Origin: Acetofilamentum sp.
GTDB taxonomy: Bacteria > Bacteroidota > Bacteroidia > Bacteroidales > JAFGUD01
Reading direction: 5' to 3'
Assembly: GCA_020722645.1 (NCBI GenBank)
Contig: DYKL01000001.1
Location: 1-50,723 of the forward strand
DNA: 50,723 bases
The position numbers and the translations under genes are program-made. The notes beneath the pieces were generated by a model. The model did no database searches, was not told the origin of the DNA, and saw only the letters and a program-made list of their open reading frames with translations. Shown here piece by piece: positions 19,287 through 28,276 of this stretch; position 1 is the first letter of the stretch; every line of letters begins with the position of its first letter.

Positions 19287-20282
19287 CTATTCAATAATTT
19301 TGAGAGTTTTGATAATTGATTCCGTTTGCCATAAATAAAGCTTTTTATTTTGTTTTCCAGCATAAACGTAAGCTTCGATTGTAATAATTCTGTTTCTTTT
19401 TTCATCTAAAGTTGTTATACTTACAAAAGGTCCTCCCAAAAAATAATTTTCAGTGTACCATAAACCTCTGACTAAAAATCCATAATTTCCATCAATTGTA
19501 ATTTCTTCAGTAATCATAGGCACTCTGACCTCGGTTTGCATATAAGTATTCTTTTCCGGACCGGGGACATTTTGTTTTGTAAACTGATTTCTTTTTTCAA
19601 CAATATAATCTAAAGTAAAAGTATTTTCATCAGTATAAGGATAAGTATAAATAAAAATACCTTGGCTGGATATATCAGTTTCTCTCGAAATCCAACAAAA
19701 ATCTTCTTTTTTAATGTCAATTTGATAATCGGAAGCTAAGTCAATTGTTAAAAAATATTTTTCAGCTATTTCTTTTTTTGCTATATCGTTTTGATAGTTT
19801 TTATACGCAGCATTATACCTTTTTAACTCCTCTTGAAAAAAAGTTTTTTTGATTTCAGGTGCATATTTTTGCCATAATTTAAGAAAAGATGAATCACTGG
19901 GAGCATAAAAATTATAAATTAATTGTGAATTAGCCCACTGATTTGTAGTTTTAGATATTTTAGGCTCAAGATTTTCTTTTCCGATATTTATAAAAATTAT
20001 GTTTCTGTGAGTTTTAAAAAAACTATTAAAAGCATCTTTCGGAAGCTGAATTACTTCAAAAATAGGTTCGTCTTGTGGTAAAACCCCAAAAGGTTCGGCA
20101 AGTGAATAAAAAATAGTGTCACCAATAACTCCGTTCCATAAATTATCTGATATAACAACCAGAACCTCACCTGATTTACCTGATGAATTTGGCTTTACAT
20201 AATTTTGATTATCGTAAAAACTACTGCAATTAATGGAAATTATTGATATTGTAAAGAATAATAAAAAATGAATAGTTTTCAT
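19287..20282 (-). CDS. Conserved Bacteroidota secreted/lipoprotein (DUF4837-like candidate)
   Basis: 331 aa. Signal peptide with Cys (SINCS). The family name is recalled, not verified. Confidence 0.55.
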   Translation of the reverse strand: MKTIHFLLFFTISIISINCSSFYDNQNYVKPNSSGKSGEVLVVISDNLWNGVIGDTIFYSLAEPFGVLPQDEPIFEVIQLPKDAFNSFFKTHRNIIFINIGKENLEPKISKTTNQWANSQLIYNFYAPSDSSFLKLWQKYAPEIKKTFFQEELKRYNAAYKNYQNDIAKKEIAEKYFLTIDLASDYQIDIKKEDFCWISRETDISSQGIFIYTYPYTDENTFTLDYIVEKRNQFTKQNVPGPEKNTYMQTEVRVPMITEEITIDGNYGFLVRGLWYTENYFLGGPFVSITTLDEKRNRIITIEAYVYAGKQNKKLYLWQTESIIKTLKIIE

Positions 20283-20361
20283 TTAAAGTGCATTTTAATA
20301 TTTCTTTTGTAAAAATAGAAAATAAAGAAAGAAAATGCCACAAAAAGTGGCATAAAAAAGG

Positions 20362-21663
20362 TTAAAAAATATGATTTATAAAATCATTACCTAAGGCATA
20401 TACAATTAAAGCAAGCAAAATAACCATTCCAACCAATTGAGCTTTCTCCAAAAATTTGTCACTCGGTTTTTTGCCAACAATCATTTCGTATAAAGTAAAC
20501 ATAACGTGACCGCCGTCAAGAGCAGGGATAGGTAAAAGATTAAGAACCGCAAGCATTACAGACAGCAATGCTGTTAATGACCAAAAAATTTCCCAGTTCC
20601 ATTTTTTTGGGAATAATTTCGTAATTGATATAAAGCTACCAACTGATTTATATGCTTTTGTTTTGGGAGTAAAAACAAGTTTTAATTGTTTTAAGTACAA
20701 GCCCACTTCTTCAACTGTTTTGCTAAGTCCGGCAGGAATTGCGGCAAAAAAAGAATAATTTGTTGTATCTAATTTAATAGTTTGAACAATTACGCCCAAC
20801 TTCCCTGTTTCAGGCAGGATTAAACTTAAATATACCGTATCAGATTGTTCTCTTATAATAGTCAAATCGATTTTTTTTGATTTATTCTCATCTAATTTTG
20901 GTTTAATTTCCTGAAAATAACTAACAGGTTCGTTATTTATTGCAATAATTTTATCATAAGGCAACATACCGGCATTTTTAGCAACCGAAGTATCAGGGAT
21001 TTCTTCAATAATAAAAGGTATTCGAGGTTCAAAAATAAAACCGTTTTTGATAATTCCTGAAATAATTTCATTTGTGATAATAACTGAAGTGTCTTTTCCT
21101 TGTCGGTTTACTGTTAGTTTATGAGGATTATTGAGCAATAAATTTTTTATTACATCGTCGTAATCAGTAAGAACTTCATCATTAACAGAAACGATTAAAT
21201 CGCCGTCTCTTAAACCAATTTCTCTGCCGAGAGAATCAACAAAAATTCCGTGTTTATTAACTTCATCAACAGAAATATATTTTTCGCCCCAAACGAACAA
21301 AATAGCAATATAAATAATAAAAGCAAGAATAACATTAACCATAACACCGCCTAACATAATCAAAAGGCGTTGCCAAGCAGGTTTAGAACGGAATTCCCAT
21401 GGTTGAGGAGGTTGTTTCATTTGTTCTTTATCCATTGATTCATCTATCATACCGGCAATTTTAACATAGCCACCCAAAGGCAACCAGCCTATACCGTATT
21501 GGGTTTCACCTTTTTTAAACTTGAATAACGAAAACCAAGGATTAAAAAATAAATAAAATTTTTCTACACGGGTTTTAAAAATTTTTGCAAAAAGAAAGTG
21601 TCCAAATTCGTGAAAAATCACCAATATAGCCAAACTTAATAATAATTGTGCGACTCTTAACAT
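20362..21663 (-). CDS. rseP: RIP (site-2) zinc metalloprotease
   Basis: 433 aa. HEFGH, PDZ region, NLLPIPALDGGH. Confidence 0.92.
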   Translation of the reverse strand: MLRVAQLLLSLAILVIFHEFGHFLFAKIFKTRVEKFYLFFNPWFSLFKFKKGETQYGIGWLPLGGYVKIAGMIDESMDKEQMKQPPQPWEFRSKPAWQRLLIMLGGVMVNVILAFIIYIAILFVWGEKYISVDEVNKHGIFVDSLGREIGLRDGDLIVSVNDEVLTDYDDVIKNLLLNNPHKLTVNRQGKDTSVIITNEIISGIIKNGFIFEPRIPFIIEEIPDTSVAKNAGMLPYDKIIAINNEPVSYFQEIKPKLDENKSKKIDLTIIREQSDTVYLSLILPETGKLGVIVQTIKLDTTNYSFFAAIPAGLSKTVEEVGLYLKQLKLVFTPKTKAYKSVGSFISITKLFPKKWNWEIFWSLTALLSVMLAVLNLLPIPALDGGHVMFTLYEMIVGKKPSDKFLEKAQLVGMVILLALIVYALGNDFINHIF

Positions 21664-21800
21664 TAAAATAAAAATTTAAAATTTGCGTGCAAAGATAAAA
21701 AATAACAATCTTTATAAACAATAAAAAAACTTTAAATTTATAAAGAATGTTAAAAAGGAAAAATAAAAATCAATAATTACTTACGTGAAATTGCTTCGCA

Positions 21801-21925
21801 AGTTCGTTAATTATTCAATTTTCTAATTAGCAAATTACTGATTTTCAGACAATTAACCATTTATTACTTATACAAGCATAATTCTCTAAAAATTAGCAAA
21901 TTAAAGTAAAATATGCCGAAATTTT
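21801..21925 (+). repeat. MITE-like intergenic repeat, copy 2 (degenerate)
   Basis: agttcgttaatt..aattagcaaatta..gattttca..aaatatgccgaa is colinear with copies 1 and 3. The 3' inverted repeat has eroded. Confidence 0.6.
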
Positions 21926-21932
21926 AAAAAAA

Positions 21933-22427
21933 TTAATATTCAATTTTGTCATCTTTTTTTTTCCATATTTTAAAAGCTTCTAAGGCTTCGTTACGCATCA
22001 TTTGAATAGTTTTAATTTTGCGTTTTTCATAAGGTAAATCAATTTCTTCGTATATAAATGAATCATCAAAACCAATATCTTTAGCGTCTTTTTTAGTGTT
22101 GGCAAAGTACAATTTGTCTAGCCTTGCCCAGTATATAGCACCAAGACACATAGGGCATGGCTCACAGGAAGAATAAATTTCACAGCCGCTTAAATCGAAT
22201 GTCCCTAACTTTTTTGTTGCTTGTCTGATAGTATTAACTTCGGCATGAGCGGTAGGGTCATTATCTTTTGTAACGCTATTAGAACTTGCAGCAATAATTT
22301 CACCGTCCTTTACAATAACAGCACCAAAAGGACCACCACCATTTTTAACACTTTCTACAGACAATTCAATAGCTTTACGCATAAATTTTGATTTTTCGTC
22401 CATCAATTCATTATTTTTGTTTAACAT
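21933..22427 (-). CDS. guaD: Guanine deaminase (CDA-fold, GuaD-like)
   Basis: 164 aa. GGPFGAVIV, DPTAHAEV, SCEPCPMCLGAIYWAR, GFDDSFIYEEI. Matches the B. subtilis GuaD pattern as I recall it. Confidence 0.82.
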   Translation of the reverse strand: MLNKNNELMDEKSKFMRKAIELSVESVKNGGGPFGAVIVKDGEIIAASSNSVTKDNDPTAHAEVNTIRQATKKLGTFDLSGCEIYSSCEPCPMCLGAIYWARLDKLYFANTKKDAKDIGFDDSFIYEEIDLPYEKRKIKTIQMMRNEALEAFKIWKKKDDKIEY

Positions 22428-22506
22428 TCAAAATTAAACAATTTTTGAAAGACTTTTGTAATTTTACAAAAATTTTCAATGATTTTTTAAAAAACAACTA
22501 TTAAAT

Positions 22507-24153
22507 ATGACCTATAAAAACAAAAAAATGAAAAATTTTAGAAAAAAAATTCTGATTATAAGTTTATTATCTTTATTTATTTTAAGTGTAGGTTTTAAAA
22601 TATATGATGATGGTGATGATTTTGAACTGATTAAGAATCTCGAAATTTATCACAATGTTCTAAAACAGTTAAGATTGAACTACGTCGAAGAAATTGAACC
22701 AAGAAGTCTGATAACTTTGAGTATTGACAAAATGCTTGAAGATTTAGACCCATATACTGTTTATTATCCCGAATCAGAAATAGAGTCAATCAGATTATTA
22801 TCTGAAGCGAAGTACATCGGCATAGGTATAACAACAGAAATAATAGACTCCAATTTTTATGTTTACGATATCGAAAAAAACAGCAGTGCTTATACAGAAG
22901 GAATTGAAATCGGAGATAAAATAATAGAGATAAACAATATCCAGACCAAAGGATTAACACAAAATGATTTTCATAACCTTATAAGCGGTCAAATGAACAC
23001 GGAGGTTGAACTTACAATCGAAAAAAATGGAGAACAGAAAAAAATTAAAGTTTTTAGAAAAAATGTTGAACTACCGGTTGTATCATTAGTACAGACTGTT
23101 GATAAATATGGATATATAAAATTAGACAATTTTTCGGAGACATCGGGAAATGATTTCAAAACAGCATTTTTGAGTTTAAAAGATAAAAAAATAGAAGGGC
23201 TTATTATTGATTTAAGAGACAATCCCGGTGGATTATTAGACCAAGCAGTTATGATTGTAAATTTGTTTATTGAAAAAGATTTGGTAGTTGTAACATCAAA
23301 AGGAAAATCAATGAACTCAAATGCAACATTTATGACCAAAGAAAAGCCAGTTGATACAAAAATTCCCATTGTTGTTCTGGTAAACGGAAATTCGGCATCG
23401 GCATCGGAAATCGTTGCAGGAGCTTTACAGGATTACGACAGAGCAATTATTATTGGTGAACAAACTTATGGAAAAGGTTTAGTGCAAAGAATTTTCGATG
23501 TAGGTTACAATTCAAAAATTAAAGTTACAATCTCCAAATATTACATTCCGAGCGGAAGATGTATTCAAGCGATTGAATATTCAAAAAGCAATAAACAAAA
23601 ATTAAACACAGAAACACCATTTTATACAAAAAACGGAAGACTTGTTTATGAAGGCAACGGAGTTTTGCCAGATGTAATAATTAAAACAGATACTTTGCCG
23701 TTGATTGTCAAAAACTTATTAGATAATCAAATAATTTTTAAATTTGTAAATTCATATTATTTAAAGACAGATACAAGCACAATAACATCTCCCGAAAGTT
23801 ATAATTTCAAAGAATTTCTAACTTTTAAAGAATATATTAACAATGTTGCATTTTTTGACAATTGTTTTCAGATTAAATACATAGATGAAATCAACAAATC
23901 TTTTGAAAACAATTCAAATCTTGAAAACAATATAGCAAATTGCAAAAATCTAATGATTGAAGAGCTTAACAGAGAAGTAGATAATTGTGAAAAAATTATT
24001 TCAATACTAATTTCAAAAGAAATAGTAAGAAGAAAATATTTGCAAATAGGATTAATAAAATTTTCTTTAATTCATGACAAAGAAATTAACGAAGCAATTA
24101 ATTATCTATCAGACGAAAAAAAGTATAATTCTACCCTAAAAACAAAAAATTAA
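22507..24153 (+). CDS. S41 family C-terminal processing peptidase
   Basis: 548 aa. PDZ region, IIDLRDNPGG, NGNSASASEIVAGALQD, TYGKGLVQ. The true start may be the ATG at 22528. Confidence 0.9.
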   Translation: MTYKNKKMKNFRKKILIISLLSLFILSVGFKIYDDGDDFELIKNLEIYHNVLKQLRLNYVEEIEPRSLITLSIDKMLEDLDPYTVYYPESEIESIRLLSEAKYIGIGITTEIIDSNFYVYDIEKNSSAYTEGIEIGDKIIEINNIQTKGLTQNDFHNLISGQMNTEVELTIEKNGEQKKIKVFRKNVELPVVSLVQTVDKYGYIKLDNFSETSGNDFKTAFLSLKDKKIEGLIIDLRDNPGGLLDQAVMIVNLFIEKDLVVVTSKGKSMNSNATFMTKEKPVDTKIPIVVLVNGNSASASEIVAGALQDYDRAIIIGEQTYGKGLVQRIFDVGYNSKIKVTISKYYIPSGRCIQAIEYSKSNKQKLNTETPFYTKNGRLVYEGNGVLPDVIIKTDTLPLIVKNLLDNQIIFKFVNSYYLKTDTSTITSPESYNFKEFLTFKEYINNVAFFDNCFQIKYIDEINKSFENNSNLENNIANCKNLMIEELNREVDNCEKIISILISKEIVRRKYLQIGLIKFSLIHDKEINEAINYLSDEKKYNSTLKTKN

Positions 24154-24222
24154 TAGAAATTTTTTAAAAATATTGAAGTTCAATTTAGATTTATTAAAAA
24201 AAAATTGAAAAAATTTGTTATT

Positions 24223-24256
24223 AAATCTATACATTAAGTTGTATAGATTTTTTTAT
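24223..24256 (+). terminator. Rho-independent terminator of the S41 peptidase gene
   Basis: aaatctataca-ttaagt-tgtatagattt followed by a T-run. Confidence 0.65.
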
Positions 24257-24363
24257 TAAATTACAGAATATTATAAAAATAAATAAAAATAAATTTAATA
24301 GAATAATTAAAATTTTATTTAAAATAATTCCATTAAAGTTACACTTAATTAAAAATATGTTTT

Positions 24364-24371
24364 TATATTTG
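24364..24371 (+). promoter_or_regulatory. Candidate -7 box (TATATTTG)
   Basis: Upstream of the 24388/24418/24445 start candidates. Confidence 0.4.
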
Positions 24372-24387
24372 TCAAAGCAAACTTTTA

Positions 24388-24816
24388 TTGAAGTCAAAGC
24401 AAGTTGTCAATAAGTTAATGAAACACAAAAAAATTTCAGGAGAAATGAAATTTAAATGGTACATATTGTTAGTATTTGTTTTAGTGATAACTGCTTTTAA
24501 TTACAACAAAACATATAGTTTTAATAATCCTTCAATAAAAATTTTGAAAAAAGCAACAGAAAAAGATAGCGTTCTTTGTTTACAGATAAATATCTCTTCT
24601 CTTGAATATTTAGATTCACTAATAGTTGAAAGCACATTTGAAGACAACAGAATAGACAAAAAAATATTTGTGTTTGATAAAAAAACAAGAAGAGCTAGTG
24701 TCAATTATTTTTTTTTATTAGTTGAGAAAAAAGAAAAAATTAAATTTTCTTTAACCACTTATAACGAGCAAAAAGACAACTATTACGAGAAAATTATAAA
24801 CATTAATGAAATATAA
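24388..24816 (+). CDS. Small membrane-anchored protein, unknown function
   Basis: The hydrophobic anchor starts at MKFKWYILLVFVLVITAF, so the ATG at 24445 (preceded by aggag) is the likelier start. Confidence 0.6.
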   Translation: MKSKQVVNKLMKHKKISGEMKFKWYILLVFVLVITAFNYNKTYSFNNPSIKILKKATEKDSVLCLQINISSLEYLDSLIVESTFEDNRIDKKIFVFDKKTRRASVNYFFLLVEKKEKIKFSLTTYNEQKDNYYEKIININEI

Positions 24817-24906
24817 TTAAACTAATGTTTACAATTTTTGCACGATTTTTGTAAAATTATAATATCAATTTTGATTTTAAAAAAATTAGTGTAAACAAAA
24901 AAGGTA

Positions 24907-25296
24907 ATGAAACAATTAATAAAAGAGCCAAAAATTGATACTCCCAAAATTAATTTTGATGCAGATTCAGGAGAATTGTACATAGAAGGAAAATCATTTC
25001 CACCAGATGTTACAGTAATTTATAAAGATGTAATAGAATGGATTGAAGAATATTCAAAAAAGCCGGCAAAAAAAACGACATTAATATTAAAACTTGATTA
25101 CTTTAACACTGCTTCATCAAAAATAATAATGGATATTCTTTATAAGATGGAAGAATTAACTAATTCAGGATATAAAGTTTTAATAAAATGGTTTTTCCCT
25201 GAAGACGATGAAGATATGATGGAAACCGGAAAAGAATACGAAGAAATAATCAATGTTCCATTCGAACATATTGGTTATACTTTTATTATAGGTTAA
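24907..25296 (+). CDS. DUF1987 / SiaC-family protein
   Basis: 129 aa. TPKINFDADSGELYIEGKSFPPD..WIEEY..LDYFNTASSK pattern typical of DUF1987, from memory. Confidence 0.62.
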   Translation: MKQLIKEPKIDTPKINFDADSGELYIEGKSFPPDVTVIYKDVIEWIEEYSKKPAKKTTLILKLDYFNTASSKIIMDILYKMEELTNSGYKVLIKWFFPEDDEDMMETGKEYEEIINVPFEHIGYTFIIG

Positions 25297-25328
25297 ATTT
25301 TTTCTTGTGCGTTTGATTTGTGCCCTGC

Positions 25329-25370
25329 GAAGCCGACATTTATTTTATAAAGTCGGCTTCTTTTTTTTTT
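25329..25370 (+). terminator. Rho-independent terminator
   Basis: gaagccgac-14 nt loop-gtcggcttc followed by T10. Confidence 0.8.
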
Positions 25371-25380
25371 GAAATTTTGA

Positions 25381-25388
25381 TATTTTTG
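25381..25388 (+). promoter_or_regulatory. Candidate -7 box (TATTTTTG) for radC
   Basis: 27 nt upstream of the GTG at 25415. Confidence 0.4.
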
Positions 25389-25414
25389 TTTAAAATTTTC
25401 AAAAATAAATATTT

Positions 25415-26098
25415 GTGAAAAAAACACTGAAATTTTGGTCAGACGACGATAAACCCAGAGAAAAACTTATGAATAAAGGAATTTCGGTATTATCAGATGC
25501 CGAACTTATCGCTATATTGATAGGTTCAGGAAACAAAGAAGAAACAGCCGTCGAACTTGCTCGAAGAATACTTATGGACAATGATTTGAATGATCTCGGC
25601 AAATTATCCATTAAAGAACTCACCAAATACAAAGGCATAGGAGAAGCAAAAGCAATAGCTATTGTTGCGGCAATAGAATTAGGAAAAAGAAGAAAAAGTT
25701 TTGAAGTATATGAAAAAAAAATTATTGAAAGCACAACAGATATCTTTGAATATATGTATCCGGTACTTTGTGATTTGGAACACGAAGAATTCTGGGCAAT
25801 TTATATGAATAATTCAGGAAAAATAATTAAAAGACAAAAAATAGCACAGGGAGGAATAACAAGTACTACGGTTGATTTGAGATTAATTATGAAATCTTCG
25901 ATTGAAAACCTTGCCGTTTCAATCATAATTTGTCATAATCATCCTTCTGGCAATGTGATGCCAAGCGAAGAGGATATTAAACTGACAAAAAAAATCAAAG
26001 AAGCTTGCAACACATTAAACATTAAACTTTTAGATCATCTGATTATAAGTGGAAACAACCGCTATAGTTTTTACGAATCCGGAATATTGGAATTATAA
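25415..26098 (+). CDS. radC: RadC-family JAB/MPN domain protein
   Basis: 227 aa. HhH region (LTKYKGIGEAKA) and the HNHPSGN JAMM motif. Confidence 0.88.
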   Translation: MKKTLKFWSDDDKPREKLMNKGISVLSDAELIAILIGSGNKEETAVELARRILMDNDLNDLGKLSIKELTKYKGIGEAKAIAIVAAIELGKRRKSFEVYEKKIIESTTDIFEYMYPVLCDLEHEEFWAIYMNNSGKIIKRQKIAQGGITSTTVDLRLIMKSSIENLAVSIIICHNHPSGNVMPSEEDIKLTKKIKEACNTLNIKLLDHLIISGNNRYSFYESGILEL

Positions 26099-26100
26099 TT

Positions 26101-27003
26101 ATGGATATACTATATAAAAAAAACTCTGAAATTGATAAAGACAATTGGGACAAAAATATGAACAAATGCCTCAATCAAAACACTTATGCTTATAGCTGGT
26201 TCTTAGATACTGTTTGCAATAATTGGGATGCTTTAATTTCAGATGACTACAAAATTTTGATGCCTTTACCAACAACCGGAAAATTTAATTTAAAAGTTTA
26301 TCAGCCAAAATTTATCCCAAAACTTGGAATTTATTTTTCCAGAGAATTTTCAAATGCAAAACAAGCTCTTTTCTTAAACAATATTCCATCTTCTTATAAA
26401 ATAGTAACCTTAAATTTTAATAAATTCAACAATTTATCTTATAAAAAAGGTGTTCTGAAAAAATCATTTTATTCGATTGATTTATATCAAACTTACAATC
26501 AGATAACAAAAAAATACTCTGAAAAGTTAAAAAGCACATTGTTTAATAAAAACTCCGAAAAAATATATATTACTAATTCGATACAAATTAATGATATTAT
26601 AGATTTTTTAAATAAAAAGCATACATTCAAAAACGTAAAAGATTACGATACAATAAGAAGAATATTAGCTATTACAACAATCCGAAAACTTTCAAATATT
26701 TACGCTGCATATTCGGGAAAAAACGAATTAATTGGATTAGGAATTTTTATTATATCAGCATACACGACTGATTTGATTGTTATTGAAAGTGAAGAAAACA
26801 AATACAATACAAGTGCTTTAATAATTGATAAATTTATAAAAACAAATTCAACAAAAGCGCTTACGCTAAATTTTGAATATTCAAATGAAAATCTGATTGA
26901 CTTATATATTGATTTTGGAGCTGAAGAATATCTATACGAACAACTGAAATTCAATAGAATACCTTCGCTATTCAAATTATTTACAAAACATAAAACAAAA
27001 TAA
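26101..27003 (+). CDS. Uncharacterised ~300-aa protein, FemAB/GNAT-fold candidate (paralog 1)
   Basis: N-terminal EIDKDNWDKNM..YAYSWFLDTVCNNWDALISDDYKILMPLP aligns with the paralog at 29852-30763. The fold assignment is my recollection of similar Bacteroidota proteins, not a search result. Confidence 0.5.
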   Translation: MDILYKKNSEIDKDNWDKNMNKCLNQNTYAYSWFLDTVCNNWDALISDDYKILMPLPTTGKFNLKVYQPKFIPKLGIYFSREFSNAKQALFLNNIPSSYKIVTLNFNKFNNLSYKKGVLKKSFYSIDLYQTYNQITKKYSEKLKSTLFNKNSEKIYITNSIQINDIIDFLNKKHTFKNVKDYDTIRRILAITTIRKLSNIYAAYSGKNELIGLGIFIISAYTTDLIVIESEENKYNTSALIIDKFIKTNSTKALTLNFEYSNENLIDLYIDFGAEEYLYEQLKFNRIPSLFKLFTKHKTK

Positions 27004-27007
27004 AACA

Positions 27008-28276
27008 TTGATTTTTAATAAATTAATAAAAAATGAATTTGTAAAAAATGTTTTTACTCTTTTAAGTGGCTCTGCTGTATCCCAAATTATAGTTTTTTTG
27101 CTGATGCCGATACTTACAAGATTGTATTCTGAAGAATTATTTGGCGTTTATTTCATTTTTGTAAGTACTTTGAATATTTTAAAAAAAATTACAACATTAA
27201 GATTAGAACTTACAGTTGTATTGCCTAAAAAAGACTTCTGGGCAATTAATGCTCTGGCTTTATCTATTTTTACAACCATTATCACATCTTTATTATTCTT
27301 AATAATTTCAATTTTTACTAAAAAAGTAATTTTAAAAATCTATGAAATTTCAGCTATTGGAAATTATATTTATTTACTTCCTCTAACATTATTTTTTATT
27401 GGTATTTACGAATCATTTTCATCTTGGAACAATAGATATAAAGAATACAAAAAAATAAGTATCAGTAAATTAAGCTATTACGGCACATCAACAGCTTCAC
27501 AAATTGCAGCAAAATTTTATATATTGACAGTAAACGGTTTGATTTTAGGTGCTGTATTTGGACAAATGTTTTCAACAATTTTAATTTTTTTATTATCAAT
27601 AAAAAACGTAATAACACATTTGAAAGATGTTAAAATAAAAAGAATTAAAATTCTATTAATCAGATACAAAAACATTCCCACATTTAATACTTTAATAAAT
27701 TTCATAACAAATTTTTCAAATGAAATTCCGATTTATCTTTTTACTAGTTTTTATTCAACAATTATTTCAGGTTTGTATGGTATTGCAAATAAAATTGTAG
27801 CAACACCAATGAATATGCTTAGTCAATCAATCGGGCAGGTTTTTTATCAAAAAGCATCAGCACAATATTCAAACAGACAGGACATTCAACCATTCATAAA
27901 AAAAACAATATTAAATGTTCTGAAATTAGGAACTTTACCAATAATTGCAATTGCAGCAATTTCGCCTTTTGTTCATTTTATTTTGGGAGAAGAATGGAAG
28001 GAACTAGGTCAGTATATTCTAATTCTTTTACCTTCAATTTTGGCAAATTTTGTTGTTCAACCACTAACGATTGTACCTACAATTGTTAATAAACAGAATA
28101 AATTTCTGCTTCTTTTAATAATTTTTTCTGCTGTGAAAATTTTGTCTATTTGGTTGGGCTTAATAATATTTTCAAACCCTCTGATTTCTTTAATTTTCTT
28201 GTCGGTAAGTTCTACAATTTTCAGAATCTACCTGTCTATATGGATATACAAATCAGTTATCAAGAATCAGGTTTAA
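27008..28276 (+). CDS. MOP-superfamily oligosaccharide/polysaccharide flippase (Wzx-like)
   Basis: 422 aa, about 12 TM. N-terminal KNVFTLLSGSAVSQIIVFLLMPILTRLYSEELFGVY is typical of Wzx-type translocases. TTG start. Confidence 0.8.
   Translation: MIFNKLIKNEFVKNVFTLLSGSAVSQIIVFLLMPILTRLYSEELFGVYFIFVSTLNILKKITTLRLELTVVLPKKDFWAINALALSIFTTIITSLLFLIISIFTKKVILKIYEISAIGNYIYLLPLTLFFIGIYESFSSWNNRYKEYKKISISKLSYYGTSTASQIAAKFYILTVNGLILGAVFGQMFSTILIFLLSIKNVITHLKDVKIKRIKILLIRYKNIPTFNTLINFITNFSNEIPIYLFTSFYSTIISGLYGIANKIVATPMNMLSQSIGQVFYQKASAQYSNRQDIQPFIKKTILNVLKLGTLPIIAIAAISPFVHFILGEEWKELGQYILILLPSILANFVVQPLTIVPTIVNKQNKFLLLLIIFSAVKILSIWLGLIIFSNPLISLIFLSVSSTIFRIYLSIWIYKSVIKNQV

Noticed and set aside
19852-19862. 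An 11-nt match (atttcaggtgc) to hairpin A1 of element A, inside the DUF4837-like gene
   Set aside because: Only one arm matches, there is no complementary partner nearby, and it lies in a coding region. It is most likely a chance match.
22454-22471. 18-bp palindrome ttttgtaattttacaaaa in the guaD/S41 divergent region, considered as an operator
   Set aside because: It is pure AT-rich low-complexity sequence and a near-miss to the -7 box on both strands. I cannot distinguish it from chance in this composition.
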